Position numbers and translations under genes: made by a program
The notes under the pieces: model-generated
What the model was told of the DNA's origin: nothing
What the model saw: only the letters and a program-made list of their open reading frames with translations
Databases searched by the model: none
NCBI GenBank assembly: GCA_039621445.1
Contig: CP154954.1
Location: 46,045,847-46,109,846, forward strand
DNA length: 64,000 bases
Direction: 5' to 3'
From: Euglena gracilis
Lineage: Eukaryota
Part shown: in pieces, positions 1 through 14,250 of the stretch
Layout of the letters: each line of letters starts with the position of its first letter
Position numbering within the stretch: the stretch's first letter is position 1

Positions 1-314
1 AGCGCAAGCTGCCTCGTCCCCTTACCTGAGGCTGGGTCAGAAAATGGAAAAAAACCTGCTTGCATAGGATTGGTCTGAATTTTGCACAATGTGCTGCAGC
101 AGAGCTGGCTGGGGCACTGCTGCGTGGGGCAGGGCCATGCCAATGTGCACACGCCATCACCAGCTGGGGGGTTGGGTGTGACCCCACAAAATTCTCAGGT
201 GTCCCACTATTTAGTTCCCCTATTGTAGGAATCGAAGGAAATTCCTGGGAACTGTCCATCACCGTGCATAGACCTCCAAGGTCAGGTGCGCACCCGTTCT
301 GGGCCGCCATCAGG

Positions 315-490
315 CATACCTACCCCCCCCCCCCGGGAAATTGTCATGCCCGAGAACCTGTCAGGGTCTCACCCGGAAACTGTCAGGGTCCCTGGTACCG
401 GCCAACCTGTCATGATAGGAAGTTGTCAGGGTCCCCGGTACTGGCCAACCTGTCAGGTGACAGTTTCCCGGGGGGGGGGGGGGTAGGTGT
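315..490. mobile_element. MITE-like element
   Basis: TIR ACCTACCCCC..GGGAAA(T/C)TGTCA; internal AACCTGTCAGGGTC repeats. Confidence 0.6.
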
Positions 491-491
491 G

Positions 492-726
492 TAACCCCCC
501 CCCAATAGAAGCACAGGTGCATTTATAACAGACTGCCGCCTCCAGCGGCGGGGTGTGCGCTTCAATGGACCCTGCACCTGCACCATTTTTGTTGACTTCC
601 TTTTGGAAATCCCATCAAAATGAGGGGTGTGCTTGTGGTGGACCGCCGCCTTCAGCGGCGGGGGGTGCGCTTTTATTTGGACCCTGTGCTTGTAGCGGCC
701 CCGTGCTTCTATAGGGGGGGTTGTTA
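492..726. mobile_element. MITE-like element
   Basis: TIR CCCCCCC(A)ATAGAAGCAC; internal direct repeat CCGCCTCCAGCGGCGGGG. Confidence 0.55.
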
Positions 727-837
727 ATGGGGTATGTTAATGGGCTATTGGGGGGTCGGCTGTTAGTCTCAGCACTACACAAAACCTGTAAGTCAAGGAA
801 TTGTTGATGAAAATCCGACCCAATGACCAGGCACCTA

Positions 838-993
838 TGCCGACCGCAGCCGACCGCAGCCGACCGCAGCCGACCGCAGCCGACCGCAGCCGACCGCGGG
901 TTTCAGGACTGTCATAGGTGGGGTGCCGACCGCAGCCAACCGCAGCCGACCGCAGCCGACCGCAGCCGACCGCAGCCGACCGCAGCCGACCGC
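838..993. repeat. 10-bp minisatellite (CCGACCGCAG)n in two blocks; a third block at 1965-2022
   Basis: Directly visible. Confidence 0.9.
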
Positions 994-3644
994 GCAACTT
1001 TTTTCCAATTGATGTCAATTTTTCAGTGAGAATGAGGAATTAGGCTCATTTTTATCCCAGATGTTGAGATTTTTCCGGCTCATCTGGCTGATGTTGTCAC
1101 TTTTGGCCACTTTTGGCCATTTTTGGCCGTTTTTGGTCGCTTTTGTCCCCTTTTGGCCCATTTGCCACCATAATTCACCCATTTTGACCTATTTCGACCA
1201 TTTTTGGCCATTTTTTGCCCACTTCTTGTAATTTCGGGCCATTTTGTCCTGCTCTTGGGCCATTTTGGGCCATTTCGGGCCATTTCTGACCATTTAAAGC
1301 CACTTTCGACCTTTTCTTTTGTTATTTTTGCCCATTTTTTTTTTGGTCTCTTTTTGGTCCAATTTGACCATTTTGACCATTTTGCGCCAGTTTGTTGCCA
1401 AAAGTGAACAAAAGCTGCTAAAGTGACCCAAATTGGCCAAAAGCAGGGTCATTTTGGGCCATTTTTGGGCATTTTTTTGTTCTTTTTGCCTGCTTTTGGA
1501 ACTTTTGGCCATTTTAACCATGTTTTGCCACTTTTAGGCCATCTTTAGGTCACGTTTGACTGCTCTTGATGTCAAAAGCAACACAAAGACGTTTAAAGTG
1601 GCCTGAAAGTGGCCAGAAGTGGGTAAAAATGGCCAAAAGCAGAGAAAGTGGTCAAAAGTGGGTTAAAGAGGCCAAAAGTGGTCAAAAGAGGTCAAAGCAA
1701 AGCAAAAGCTGGCCAAAGCAGCCAAACCACAGCAAAAAGTGGGCAAAAGCAACAAAAGTGACCAAAAGAAAGCAAAAGGCAGGAAATAATGGGCAAAGGC
1801 AGCAAAAATTGACCAAAAGTCGGCAACAGTGGCCAAAAGCAGTCCAAAAGCATCAAAAACTGGCCAAAAGCAGCGAAAAGTGGCCAAAAGTTGGCAACAA
1901 TGGATTGTGTGATTGTATGCTCATTTTTTGTTGGCCTGCCCCCCACCTACAGCCAACTACTTTGCCGACCGCTGCCGACCGCAGCCGACCGCAGCCGACC
2001 GCGGCCGACCGCAGCCGACCGCGGGCTAAAATTTGGAATCTGTCATAGGTGCTTGCCAATGACCCCAAAGCCCCCCAAATTGGCATTTTTTGGCAAAATT
2101 GCCCAATTTGGCAAAAAAAAATTGCCAAAATGGCATTTTTGATTAGGGTCGGTCTCATAAAAATTGACAAAAAATGTGTTTGGCAGTTTGGGTGGTTTGC
2201 AGCCGAAGAAGTCGTCCCCCGGCGTCTTTTCATTTTTTTTCTTCGGGGGGGGGTTATAAGTTAAGGTTGGGTTTGTCGGCCTGGGGGTCACATGTGAGGG
2301 GGAGTTATAATTTGGGGGGTTCATAAGTGGGGGGGGGTTAGTTGTTCACGGGAGGTTGGGTGGCTGTTGGGTGGCCGCGGCCCAACCAAAACCCGAATTT
2401 CTGATCAAATTTGGAATTGGTTTGTGCCGCAGCCAGTCGCGGCCCAACCATGGACACTCTTGAAGCTTGTGCAAAGTTTTTGGTTGGGCCACGGTCAGGC
2501 ACAGCCGGCCACGACCCAACCAAACCCGGTGAGCCGTGCCCTAACCCTAGCCATAAACCGCCCCCAAAACTATCCCTATCCTTTCATTACAATCCCTCCT
2601 TTTTCATCTCTTTTTGAGTGCATGTTGCTTTAACCCTAACCAAACTCAAGAGAGAGAAGGGCAACGGGGAAGACCGCATATTGATCCCACTATCAAAATT
2701 CTGGTTGGAAAGAACCTCTCCTTATAAATCTACAACCCACTTAGCCTACATAAATCTACAACCTGCCTCAGTAACTAAAGCCAAACGATGACCTACACCC
2801 CCTCCCCCCGTGAGAAAAATACAGACACCTGAGGTTGGGTTGTGGGTCCACAAACCCAAAAAACGTGCTTTCGTTGTATGAAAACGTAAGTTCTGATTAT
2901 TCTTGCCTGACCCACAAATTGGAGGTGTATGAAAATTGATGCCCCTCACTGTAGGTTTTCTTTTTAAAAGCAGGGATTGCCAAAATCTTGGAGCAATGGG
3001 GATGCAACAGTATCAACCTCAAAGAAAAGTTTATTGCCATACGTTACAGAGAAATTCAGCAAAATGTGCATTTTTCGAGTTTATGCAGGTTGAAGAATTG
3101 CCCAAATCCCCCAGCCGATATATTCGCTCCCAACCAAGCAGCGACACGCAGTTATTAATACTGCGTGTCGCTGCTTGGTGTACTTCGTGTATATACTCAA
3201 ACAATATGCCCAGGTGTACATTATTTGGGGTTCATTGTATTTTGAGGTTTTTTTTGTGTCCGAGTTCTTTTGGTGCAGTTTGGCCCCGTGTCTTTGCCAG
3301 GAATCACATCGTGGGGCAGCTCAGTTTTTTGACATGTCGTGCCTGCCGGCGATGCACGGGTCATGGGCGACTCCGGCAAGGTTGGCAGGAGAGTCCCGCG
3401 GTGGGACAGGGCTCAGGGGAAGGTCCCTCTTGAGTTGACAATGGTGAGACAGACAGTGGAAGGACGGCGGGCAAGGAAGGCAGATGTGCAATGAGGGGGA
3501 ACAGCAGGATGAACCCCAGACCCAAGGAACCCAACTATTTGGAGTGTGCAGTTAATTGCACAGAAACACATATTATTATACATGATATAATACAACGTCT
3601 CATCATATGTATGTATAAAGCAATTATTATACATTGTTGTTGTT

Positions 3645-3665
3645 AATAATAATAATAATAATAAC

Positions 3666-3722
<57 letters not shown>

Positions 3723-3818
3723 TTGCAATAATAGCTGTAATAATGTAATAGTTAGTAATTATTATCATCATCATCATTATCATCTCCATCATCATCACCA
3801 TCATCATCATCATCATCG

Positions 3819-3885
<67 letters not shown>
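3645..3885. repeat. (AAT)n and (CAT)n microsatellites
   Basis: Directly visible. Confidence 0.95.
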
Positions 3886-6800
3886 TGTCATTATTGTTGT
3901 TGTAACCCCCAATAAGAAGCCCTTAAGGGCCACCATTCGGTCAGTCTGCGGAAAACCTGAGGGGGGGTGAGGGGGCTGCTAATTGGGTACCTTTGTGTGC
4001 GCGTCGCGCCGGGTGTGAAAAGTCAGGCTTTTTGGACTTCTGTTGACGGGAAATCACTCTTTTTTATGTGCCAAGTGTCTTCTGTCCCAACCTTCTCACC
4101 AAATGGTTCAAGAAACCCAAGATTGCTAAGACTATGGCAAAAACCCGATGTATGCTGCTTTTATGTGCTTGCAGTTTGCCAGCGCCGTGAATACTTGCGG
4201 CTGCCTAGGGGGGGGGGGGGGCTGTTATTTGGATTTTTGGAGGGAAACCCGAGGGGGGGACTTCAATATGGGGTTGTTATTTCGATGGGGGGGGGGGCTT
4301 CTAATTGGAGGGAGGGATTAATTAAGAAACCCGCCCTGAAACCTCATTTTGACTACCCCCCATAATGCCCATTTCCCCGCCGTTTTTGAATGTTTTTCAA
4401 AAAAAAATTGTCGCTTTTCCCATACTCAGATGGGTTTTTTTGACGACCCGGGCAAAGGCCTGGGGGTGGGTTTGGCCAAATATTTCCCAAGTGACGGGAA
4501 TTAGCCAAAAAGGTCCAATAACGGCTGGAAAATGATTGTATATCCCCACCCACAGAGGTTCCCCCCGAGATTGGCCATTTTAACGGCCAACCCCCCTGCC
4601 GGAGACAAACATAAGTGGTTGTTGACAAAGAAGGGTGTAGGCCCACTCACAGGAACCACATACGGCGCCAACCAGAGGCTTTAGTCTACCAAAGGGGAGG
4701 CCTCTGGTTGGCGGGGGACCTTGAAAACGTCCCCTGTTTCGTGGTGTATGATTTTTTTGCGTGATTGTGATGCAGAATTTTGGCGACCAAGTACATCGTG
4801 CAATTCCAGGATGCTGAATGGTGGGGGTGTGAATGCTTCTAGAGGTGAAATGGTCGCCCCAGCAATCCATCCACCTTGGGCTACTGTGTCTGATAAAAAG
4901 CTAGGGGGTTGTTGCCGGGAAGGGGGGGTGACCGTAGGAGGTTCGAGCTCAAACGTTCAAGCTCGAACCTGCTCAAAAGTTTTTAAGCCCCCCCACCTTG
5001 GGGTGGGGCTTAAAAACCCTCCTCAAACGACCTCGAACGACATTTGAGGAGGGTCTTGGCCCTCCTCAAATGTGCTTGAACGACATTCAAGGAGGGTCGA
5101 ACCTCCTCCTGCGCACATGCGTATATGCATTCAGGTATCACACACATCGCATGTGTAACACAAGGGATTTTGTTATTTTAGGGCCCTCCGAACAGTTGCG
5201 TTCGAAAGGGCATTGGCAACGAAAGGGAATTGCGCACACAGGCATATGTAACTCAAGGGATTTTGATATTTTGGGTCCCAGATAAAGGAGTTGTGATGTT
5301 AATTGAAGGGATGGGGTTAGGTCAACACATGCTCAAGAAGGAGGGCGACGGAAGGGACTTGCACACACACACACACACAAGGGATTTGCTACTTCAGAGC
5401 CCTCCGAACAGTTGCGTACAAAAGTGTCCAAAGGGGAGTTGCAGACACAGGGCAATACGATACTTAATGGTCTCGAACCTCCTCGAACGACATTTGAGGA
5501 GGGTCCCGATTGTCCTCAAATGTAGTTCGAGCACATTCGAGGATGGTCCATCCCCAAGCCATGCCCACCCCCCCCCCCGCCACGTTGTCAGACGGACGTG
5601 CTTGAGGGGAAAGCGGCCTGCTCCGATGCCGGCCATTTGCCAGCAGATGGGGCCAGAGCCTTTTTGGCCCTCCGGACCTCCCCCTGGCTGGGATGTGCAG
5701 TGGGACGCTGCGGGGGATGGGGCGGGCCCAGCGGGGTCGCGCCTCGGATGCCATTGCCGATGGGCTCTCTTCCCCTGAGCTCGAGGAGCCGTAATTCCAT
5801 TTGTGAAGGCTTTCGGGCATCACAGCATCACATGCATATAAAAAAACAAGCAAACAACAGGGCATACAAAAATCACAATTACGGGGAAAAATTAAGGTAT
5901 CAAATATTTTGGTAATTTTTGATTTTGGAAAATTTATTTTATTCAGCCGCTCTTTACCTCTTTTTTTTGCCATATTTGGAGTATTTGGGGGGCTTTACAT
6001 TTGGGGGGGGGGGTACGCCCACCATGTATCACGCCCCAAGATTCCTTTCAAGCCCTCAAAATATGCTACTTTTAACACCCCAAAAGTGTTCACAGGTGTC
6101 ACACGGTGAAACGTTTTACGTTCATGGGTGCCATATTGTGAAATGTTCAAAACAGTCATGGGTGCCACCATGGGCACCCGTGACGGTTTCATGATCTTCC
6201 TCATGTGGTACCCCGTGATTGTTAAACGGTTTTAACGTGGGACATTTTGGAATGGATTTTCGGTGGAGGTTTTGTGGCCATGCTTTTCACAAAGGAACAA
6301 CTTGATTTGAACAAATTCAGGCTAAACCCCCCCAAACAATACCCCCCCGGGGTATTATTTTTTTGCCCGAAGTCCCGACCCGAGGGGGGGTTATTATTTG
6401 GTGGGGGTATTATTTCCCCAAAATTTTCGAAATTTTTCGAAGTCCCGTAGGAGCCAAAATAGCACCAAAACCCCCCTTTGGGGTCATTTTTTGCACTTTC
6501 TTCTGCAATTTACCATTTTTTGGAGGTCAGATGATCCAGAAAAATCGACTTTTTTCGTAATTTGTTGTCAGAAATTGTGATATTTACCTAAATTTTCCCG
6601 TCAAAATCCGGGCCCTCAGCCGGAAACCTGGGGGGGGGGTATTATTTGGGGGGTTGCCCCAACGGTTTCCATCAAGGGTCAATGATATTTTCTCATGGCC
6701 GAACTGAGGCTTCCATGGATGACACCGGCCGAAAATTACAGTAAAGAAGATGGGTATTTCACCGAAAATTTTGTTTGCCGCAATTTTTGTTCACTCTGTG

Positions 6801-9629
6801 GGCAATCAGGCAAAAATGAAAGTTGAGCATGAACCAACTTGCAAAAGTTAAATGAAACCGCCCACCTGGGCAGATTTTTCCCCATCCCTATCCCTCCCTC
6901 TATCCCCAACCTTGATCCCAATCCTAACCCTAACCCAAACGTAAAGCCCTGAACTGAGCCCTAAATCACCCGGGTTCGTCCCACATGTGTGTCTGGGAGG
7001 ACGACAATCCCCATTTCCATTTCATGCAATGGAAGAAAAATACCCAAAGTATTTGCAACAACCCTTCCAAATGGCCATCGATATTGTGGAAATGGGTCCC
7101 ACTGTCCTCTCATGGCCCACCCCGAATTATTCATTGCTCCACCAGGTTTTACAGTTCACATTTGTGTTGACGTTAAGATGCAATGATGTTTGAGAATTAT
7201 ATAGGACAGTCCCATTCCCACTGTTTCGTAATCAACAGCTCCTAATTTATTGTGCCGAAATTATTATTGTTTTTATTGTCCCACAAAATTGGGAGCTTCG
7301 CAAAGAAAACCTAGGTGCGTCATTGTTTTCAAAACAGGTTTTGATTTACATAATGCCCTGCAGAATACATCATTCCAAAAGATGATTCCCCCTTTTATGA
7401 GGCGTGGGACTTTTTTGGTCAGATATGCAATGGTGCATGCACACATGGTACACGCGTGATTTGTTATTGTTCGTCCAGTGCAGCATTGATATGTTTCCCC
7501 ACAAACTCAGGCGATATTAATTGCCCACATGATTTCTGCATTTTGACATTTTTTGACTGTTTTTGGACCCCCAAAAAGCACCCAAAGTTTCTGGTTCAGC
7601 AGGGACTGAAGCACTTTTGAGCCAAAAATTTTAAGACATAACCTGGACGAATATCTACCTAACCGCCTGACCTTTAAATCATTGTGATGAGTTTTTTTTG
7701 AATTTGAATGAAGAGGGTGTGTGATTTTGTCTTCGTAATGAGCAAAAATGATTTTTTTCCCGTGGATGTCACATGGCATTTTGTTTCTGTTTCTGATGGT
7801 GTTTGAGACAGAAACATTTTTTTTCCTAGTGCCTGCAGATGCCTGCAATAAATGAAACAGCAGGTGACACAAAGTGGTTTTTAGTGATGAATGAGAATGG
7901 ATCACCGTGTAGCGTTGTTAATTGAGGGGAACCATCATGAGATTTTTGAGTGATCAATTTTAGGAGGGAACCTGCCAGTCTTTGATGTGAATAAAGGGAT
8001 TTGTTGACTAGTGGATGCAGAGAGGAAGTTCCAGAGGCGCAAAAAAATCGATGGAGGGGAATTGGGGAGGGGAACATCAACGATGAACATGAACAATGAA
8101 CAAGAAAATTGCCTGACGACGACGTTTGTAGATCATATGGGGAAGTGTTAGGTAGGAAACCTGGGGGTTGGTTTTAGACCCCGGTGCCTGACAACAAAGC
8201 CAATTCTCCCTTGAAAATTGCCATTTTCGGGCCCCCAGCGCCTTCGGTGCCGGGGGTGTGCTGTGGTATTCCCACCCCAAAACCCTACCCCCCCCTGGGG
8301 GTCGAAAGTCCCCTACCCCCTCCTGCCATAGCACCCCCCACGACGCACTTCCTTAAAAAGAAGCCTGGTAAGGTAATGTGGCTTCTCTTTTTCGGGCGGT
8401 TACCCGTCAAGATGTGTGGTGGACAGTGGTGTAGACGGTGGTGCATGGTGCTGTGCAGGCGGGTTTGGTTTGTGGTTCACCGGTGTCCCGGCCGCAAGAC
8501 ACGATGTTATGGGTTTGTTGTGCTGTGCCCGCTGAAAACCCTTAGGGACAAAGGATCCTTTTTGGTGGTCAGTCCCGAGGGGGGTTATAAGTGGGGGGGG
8601 TTATAAGTCCAGGTTTTGTTTGTAGCCGGAAGAGGTTCAAAAATAACCCCTATTTCTGCACCAGGGGGGGGGGTAAAAATGTATTTTAGCTGTTTTTGGC
8701 TTCTTTGGCCAAAATCTCAGAGGTTTGCAGGCCCACCACATTTGTTTTTTTCAGCACACCATTTGATTTTCTGGCACATTTTGTCTCTTGTTTATTCATA
8801 ATTTGTCCCTCTGGGGGGGGGGGGCGGGTATAAGTCACGGTTTGGTGGTTCTTCCAGTTAAACACTGAGCCTCCACGTGTAACCCCCCCCCCTATTTATA
8901 ACCCCCCACTTGGGCAAAACCACCAAACAGGATCCTGTTACCGGGGGGGTTTAATGGGAGGGTCTACTGTCCCACCATTTGTCCCATCCGTTTGAATATA
9001 TGTTGCTTGTGGTAGAGCCCAAATTTAAGGCAGCCATCTCTCCATACGTTGAGCCAAATCTTCCTTTTGCCAACAGCTTTCTCCGTATCAAACCCCAGCC
9101 CTTCACCTAACCCCCCCCCTAATTGTAGAGCGGGGTCCTCTTGTAGTGGACGCTCGCTTCGCCAGAGGGGGGGTGCTCTTCTATTTGGACCCTGCTCTTG
9201 TAGTGGACATCACACACATTTTCCTACAGTGTTCCAGCGCCCAGTCAGTTTCCGGTCCCCTCAACCTCCCTTCCTCCCATTTTTGGGAATTTTTGGAACA
9301 AAATCAGCCAAAAACCTGTTAAAAACCTCATTTTTCAAGTCCGGGGGACCCCCGGACCCCCCCCCCCAGGGGGGGTCTAGCTAGGCCACTTTTTCCAGTG
9401 TCTAGCCGATTGGCTAGCCAGTACCCTCCCCCCGGGGGGTCCTTAAGCAAATGCCTGCACCCAAGCGCAAACGGCAGCCGAGGTTGGAGGAATTGTTTAG
9501 CCGCTGAGCTCAGGCAAGTTACAAACCTCACAGTCACATGGAACACACTGCCACAACCACATAGTCACATGGAATATGGAATGACTTGCCTTGCTTCTGC
9601 TTCCATTGTTTTTCCAGGGGGTGCTCTTG

Positions 9630-10090
9630 TAAAACCCCCCCCAAAAATGAGACCCCCCCCAAAAATAAGACCCCCCCAGAAATAGGACCCCCCCTGGGCC
9701 GATTGAGCAAAAATCCAAAATAAGACCCCCCCATAAATAAGACCCCCCCTGACGGCGCGAAGCGCCGGGGATGGTGAAAATTTTCCCTGAGAAATTGCCA
9801 AAAACCCCAATTTCATACACAAAAATGATGAAATTTCAAAAATTTCAGGTTCTTGAAGTGCAAAAAACATGCTAAATGGCAACTTACACAACTTTACACA
9901 TGGCGCGAAGCGCCGAAGGAAAATTTTTAGTGTTTTTGGGAACCTGAAAAATGATGTTTTTTTTTCGGGCCCGGGTCGGTCAAGAAAAAATCCAAAAATA
10001 AGACCCCCCAAAAAATAAGACCCCCCCCTGGAGGTTTCCAGCAACGGACCCAAAAATAAGACCCGGGTCTTATTTTTGGGGGGGGTTTAG
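9630..10090. mobile_element. MITE nested in another poly-C/poly-G-ended element (~9108-10176)
   Basis: TIR AAACCCCCCCCAAAAAT(G/A)AGACC; internal AAATAAGACCCC repeats. Confidence 0.6.
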
Positions 10091-12172
10091 TGGACGCTCG
10101 CTTCGCCAGAGGGGGGGTGCTCTACTATTTGGGCCCTGCTCTTGTAGAGGGCATGCCCTACCATTAGGGGGGGGTTCACACACTGCAGGATCTGGCGCCG
10201 TCCTCCCCATTTCCACCCTTCCAAAGGTCTGATGACTTTGGGATCCGAGACACGTTGGCGGGACTGAATGTGGAAGAGTCAGGGGGGAAGGGGAAGTTTG
10301 GGCATTCTGTTTTGGTGAAAACTGCCCTTTTCAGAAAGAAAATGCTGTCTGACTTCTGGCCCGCCTGGACAAGCCCTGAAAATTCTGAACAGCAGAGGAT
10401 GCCGTCTGAAACCTCCCCCGAAAATTTCTGGCGGAGCATTGGTTGCTGCAACCAGCTGCTCAGAGAGGCTTCTTTCCGGACGTTTTTGGTCAGTTTTTTT
10501 TGGTCAGTTCTATTTCACTGTCCTTCTGTTCTCTCCAAGCCAAAACAGGGTATGTGTCCACTGCTCAAAAGCGCGAAGCAACTTCTCTCTCCATCGTTCA
10601 CATGGGTTTTGCCTTGCTTCCTGGGAGGGTTGTGCCTGCTATGGGCAGGGCTGAGGCACCCCACAGCACAACGCCCCCCCCCCCAGGATTGATAAAAAGA
10701 AGCCTGTACCCGACAATATCTGCCTCCCCATAACCAGCTCAGCCACCCCTCCCCTTTTGCCAAAGTTGTTCACTTGTGATATCATATGCACCAATGGATT
10801 GTTTGCAATTTCAGCGTCTTCCCACCTCCGACTCGACCGCAAACGCCAACGGAATTCCATTCCCCATCACAATCTGCCCACATAATCCGGGGCAAGCGCG
10901 CACAACACAAGTGTGTCCGGATCCATCCCTCGTTCGAGCGGATAGCCGCCCGAACGCTTTTTGCTTGTATTCTGAGGACAGTTTCCTTTCTCTGCAGATG
11001 CATTTGTTTCGCAAGGGGGAACCACCTAACTGCAGTCTTCCCTGAAAATTTTTAGTTCCAAGGGGCAATTCCCAACCCCTTAAAACGGCCAAAATTTCAT
11101 ATGCCCAATTCAAAATTACCCAAAATTTGGGGCATATTTGAACCCCTCAAATTTCCTCCAGGGAATGCTCGGAGAATTATGCACAAACCCCTCGTACCCC
11201 AACCATCCAAAAAATGCGAAAAAAATTGGCAGTGGGCAATTAGCGCTGCCAAACACAAGTGCTGTTTCGCCCATTTCACAATGGAGTGTGGACCAATTTC
11301 ACTTCTCATATGCCCATTTCACTATGGACTGTGAGTTTTTGGAGTGAGCTTATCACATTGTCCCTGCCACCGTGCAACCTTTGCCGGAGCAGGGTCGCAT
11401 GTGCAACACCATACTGTGCCTGGCAGCGCCATGGCAGGCTGTACTGTCTCATAGCTGACCAACAACACAACCAAGGTGGCAACCGCACGCGATGACCGGA
11501 CAATCTTTGACCACAAAATAGCCAAACCAACCTTCTTGTTTACCTTTTCGGCTTCGTTTTTTTTTTTTATTCTTGCTGTTTTGATCGGAGTGACCAGGCC
11601 TTGTTGCCATGGGATCATTTGGGGGAGGGATGTGGGACATATGTTGTCTGATGCTCGAAAACCTCCTCAAAAATATTCCAGACTTAGAGAACAATATTCC
11701 CCCTCCCGAGGGCAATTATTGATTGGGGAGGTTGGTTGGCGTTTTTGCGTGGGGGCATCAATTTCGACCCCAAAATCCGTTGTACATCAGTCCACATCCT
11801 TCAAGAATGCCTTCACCCCAATCGTCAAAGAAAATTTTCTCTGTTAGAATTTTTGGAGCTTTTGACCTTTTGTTCCTCACCCACGACATCCCTCATCCAA
11901 GGAACCCTCATCTGAGGAAACAAAAAAGTTCAATTGCATTTTTTTTTCTCAGATCCTCTTGCGTGTAGCTTTTTTAAGCTACACCGCGGCGTTTAAGGGC
12001 AATGATTGAGGTCTCCAGAAATTTTGTTCGATTGGTTTCAGTTTTGGGATCTTTATTTGGCATGTCGCGATTTTCAGGGTTCACCCGAACATTTCTGGTG
12101 TTTTGAGAAGTGCATTTTTGAATTGACCGCCCCAAGTTGGGAGATCACAGGAGTTTCCAAAGAATCGAAATT

Positions 12173-12980
12173 GACCATTCGGGCTCCGCACTGCGAGATG
12201 GTGAGGTCCTGCTTTCCTTGCCGGCTGTTCTGTTCTGGTGTGTTTGTGTGTGTGCGGGGGGTGCTTCTTACTGCTTTTTGTTGCCGGAGTTGGCTGATTC
12301 CTAACTCTGCCCTTCGACCTCAAGGAGAAAGACTTTCAACTCTACGAGTGCTGCCAATAAAAAAAAGACAAAAGAAAATCAAATATCAAGCACGTGCTCA
12401 ACGGACTTCAATGAAAGATGTTTTGGAAAAAATATCAAGCTGTCAAGAGGAAGTGGGGGCACAAGGAAGTTCAAAACAGACAGCTGAAGCTGGAAAACAC
12501 CGAGGAGCTGCAGGCGCTGGGGAACCTGATGATGATGGAGCAGGACCAACAGGTCCGTCTGTGGCCGTCGCACACCTTCCGCCCCCCAGTTCATCAGAAA
12601 TTTCCCATTTTCAACAAAACTTTTGCGACGGCCATGGACCCTGGACAATTTTAGCCAGAGCAAAGCGACGGAGAAGCCATCATGGGCAAGGCTCATTGGG
12701 TCATGGGGACCCATCACAGTCCTCCATAAAGGAAACATTGTCAGGAGATGGAAGGACAGGTCCCATCCCTTTTCTAATCCCCACCCCTATGGCAGGGAAA
12801 TATGACAAATTCAAAGGGTTCAAGGCAGGAATGTGGAGACCCTCCTCAAAATGGCCATGGCGGCCATCTATCTACAGGGCCTTGGGCCAAACTCCAAGGC
12901 AATGGCAGCCATCCTCACCATCTTCTTGGGCTTCGCCCTCTTGGTCCCTTCCTCCCCCTTCCTGTGTCGTGGGGGTCCGA
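12173..12980 (+). mobile_element. Internally deleted mini-DIRS related to 15587-20160
   Basis: Starts GACCATTCGGGCTCCGCAC (left ITR), has the ORF1 start, and ends with the 3' extension ...GTCGTGGGGGTCCGA. Confidence 0.8.
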
Positions 12981-13559
12981 GTACTTGCTGAATGTTCCCT
13001 CGGGGTGGGGGGAGAGTCCAAGGGAGGTCTGGAACCACCCTCCTCACCTTTTCCAACTTATTTCATTCTAAGGACACACCTCTGGTAAGGGCATTATCTT
13101 TGCATATGACGTTTTGGTTTCATGCGTATGGATGCTTTCCCTTTTGACTTCCATTTCTCTCGCTGCTGTTGGTTCGGCACCCCTTTCCCGTTCCTTTAAG
13201 GAGGGCAAATCGGTCATCGGCAAAACCAGCCATAGTAGCATGTTTCCTCATCTTCGCTATCCCACCGCTCGGGGGGGGGGGGGGGCTTCCCTTGGGAAGC
13301 TGCAGACGAACTGTGCCACAAGTCCTCAAGGAAGTTCAACGGCCTGGAACGTAACCCAAACGGCAATTGGGGGGGGAGGGGGGACATGAGAGCGAGCCTA
13401 AAGGAAATCGACGAGGGAGGGAGTGACGCAGAAGGGCACACAAACACACACCTTTCGAGCCCATGCCTCGCTAGAAACAGTGCTCCTGTGATTTGCAACG
13501 TGTTTGGCTTGGCGTTGCTTCCTACTGTCTTTGTCTTATCAAAGTCGAGCACTTGGAAC

Positions 13560-14250
13560 TAATTCATATCGATCCAATCTTGAGTGATTTTTTATAAAGC
13601 TTCTTTTCGTTCCCCGTGCATGAAAAATGGTTTTTGTCAGGTAGGCCGCGCTCCTTCTTGCAAAGGTATGAATGCATAACGATATGGTCCTCTTACGGGT
13701 GGGTCGGGTTGTTCCTTAGACCGAAATACGGTTCCATCATACCTGACAAAAATTTCCTCTCTTAGCTTTATTATTATGTCTTCCTCTTCGGATTCCGTTT
13801 CCTTACTCCCCTCCCCCTCCCTTGCAGTGATCATTTTGTGAATTGGTACCCGGTTGTCACTTCCAGGATGAGGTTCTTTTTTGGTGGGGGGGGGGGGCGA
13901 TTGTACAACGTTTGGCGCTGCCAGTGGCAACGTGAGTTTCATGTCTGTGTGCACTATTTTTTGTGACTGCCGAATGTCCACTGTTCTGCCAATGTCGACC
14001 CACTTTTCCTGAATGTTGGCCAGTTTTCTGGCGACCATCTCGTGAAATAAAATGCCTCCTGCTTGCTGTCTCATGCGCCTTCTCCAAAAAAATTCTTCCC
14101 TGAGGGACCGAAAATCTGGTTTTTCCCAAACTGGGACCCCTTCCAGGGGGGTGTTGGGTGGGGAGGCTGGTAAATCTGTTGCCTGGGGGGGGGGTCTTGC
14201 CATTGAAAGGGGCTGGGTTCCTCCTGCAGGATCACTGTGCCCAGTTTTGC
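13560..14250 (-). pseudogene. Degenerate Ty3/gypsy-like pol fragment (region just upstream of RT)
   Basis: IPLQEGARPT*QKPFFMHGERKEAL*KITQDWIDMN resembles the pre-RT segment of gypsy pol; in-frame stops. Confidence 0.45.

Noticed and set aside
3634-3936. Poly-Ile/His/Met ORFs
   Set aside because: Translations of (AAT)n and (CAT)n microsatellites.
3301-11500. Scattered GC-rich candidate exons (~3301-3380, 5592-5790, 8410-8470, 10200-10480, 10815-10960)
   Set aside because: Some have AG/GT-like flanks, but there is no recognisable domain or consistent exon chain; RNA-seq is needed.
12006-13088. 360-aa ORF as a host gene
   Set aside because: It runs through the mini-DIRS termini and ORF1 remnant.
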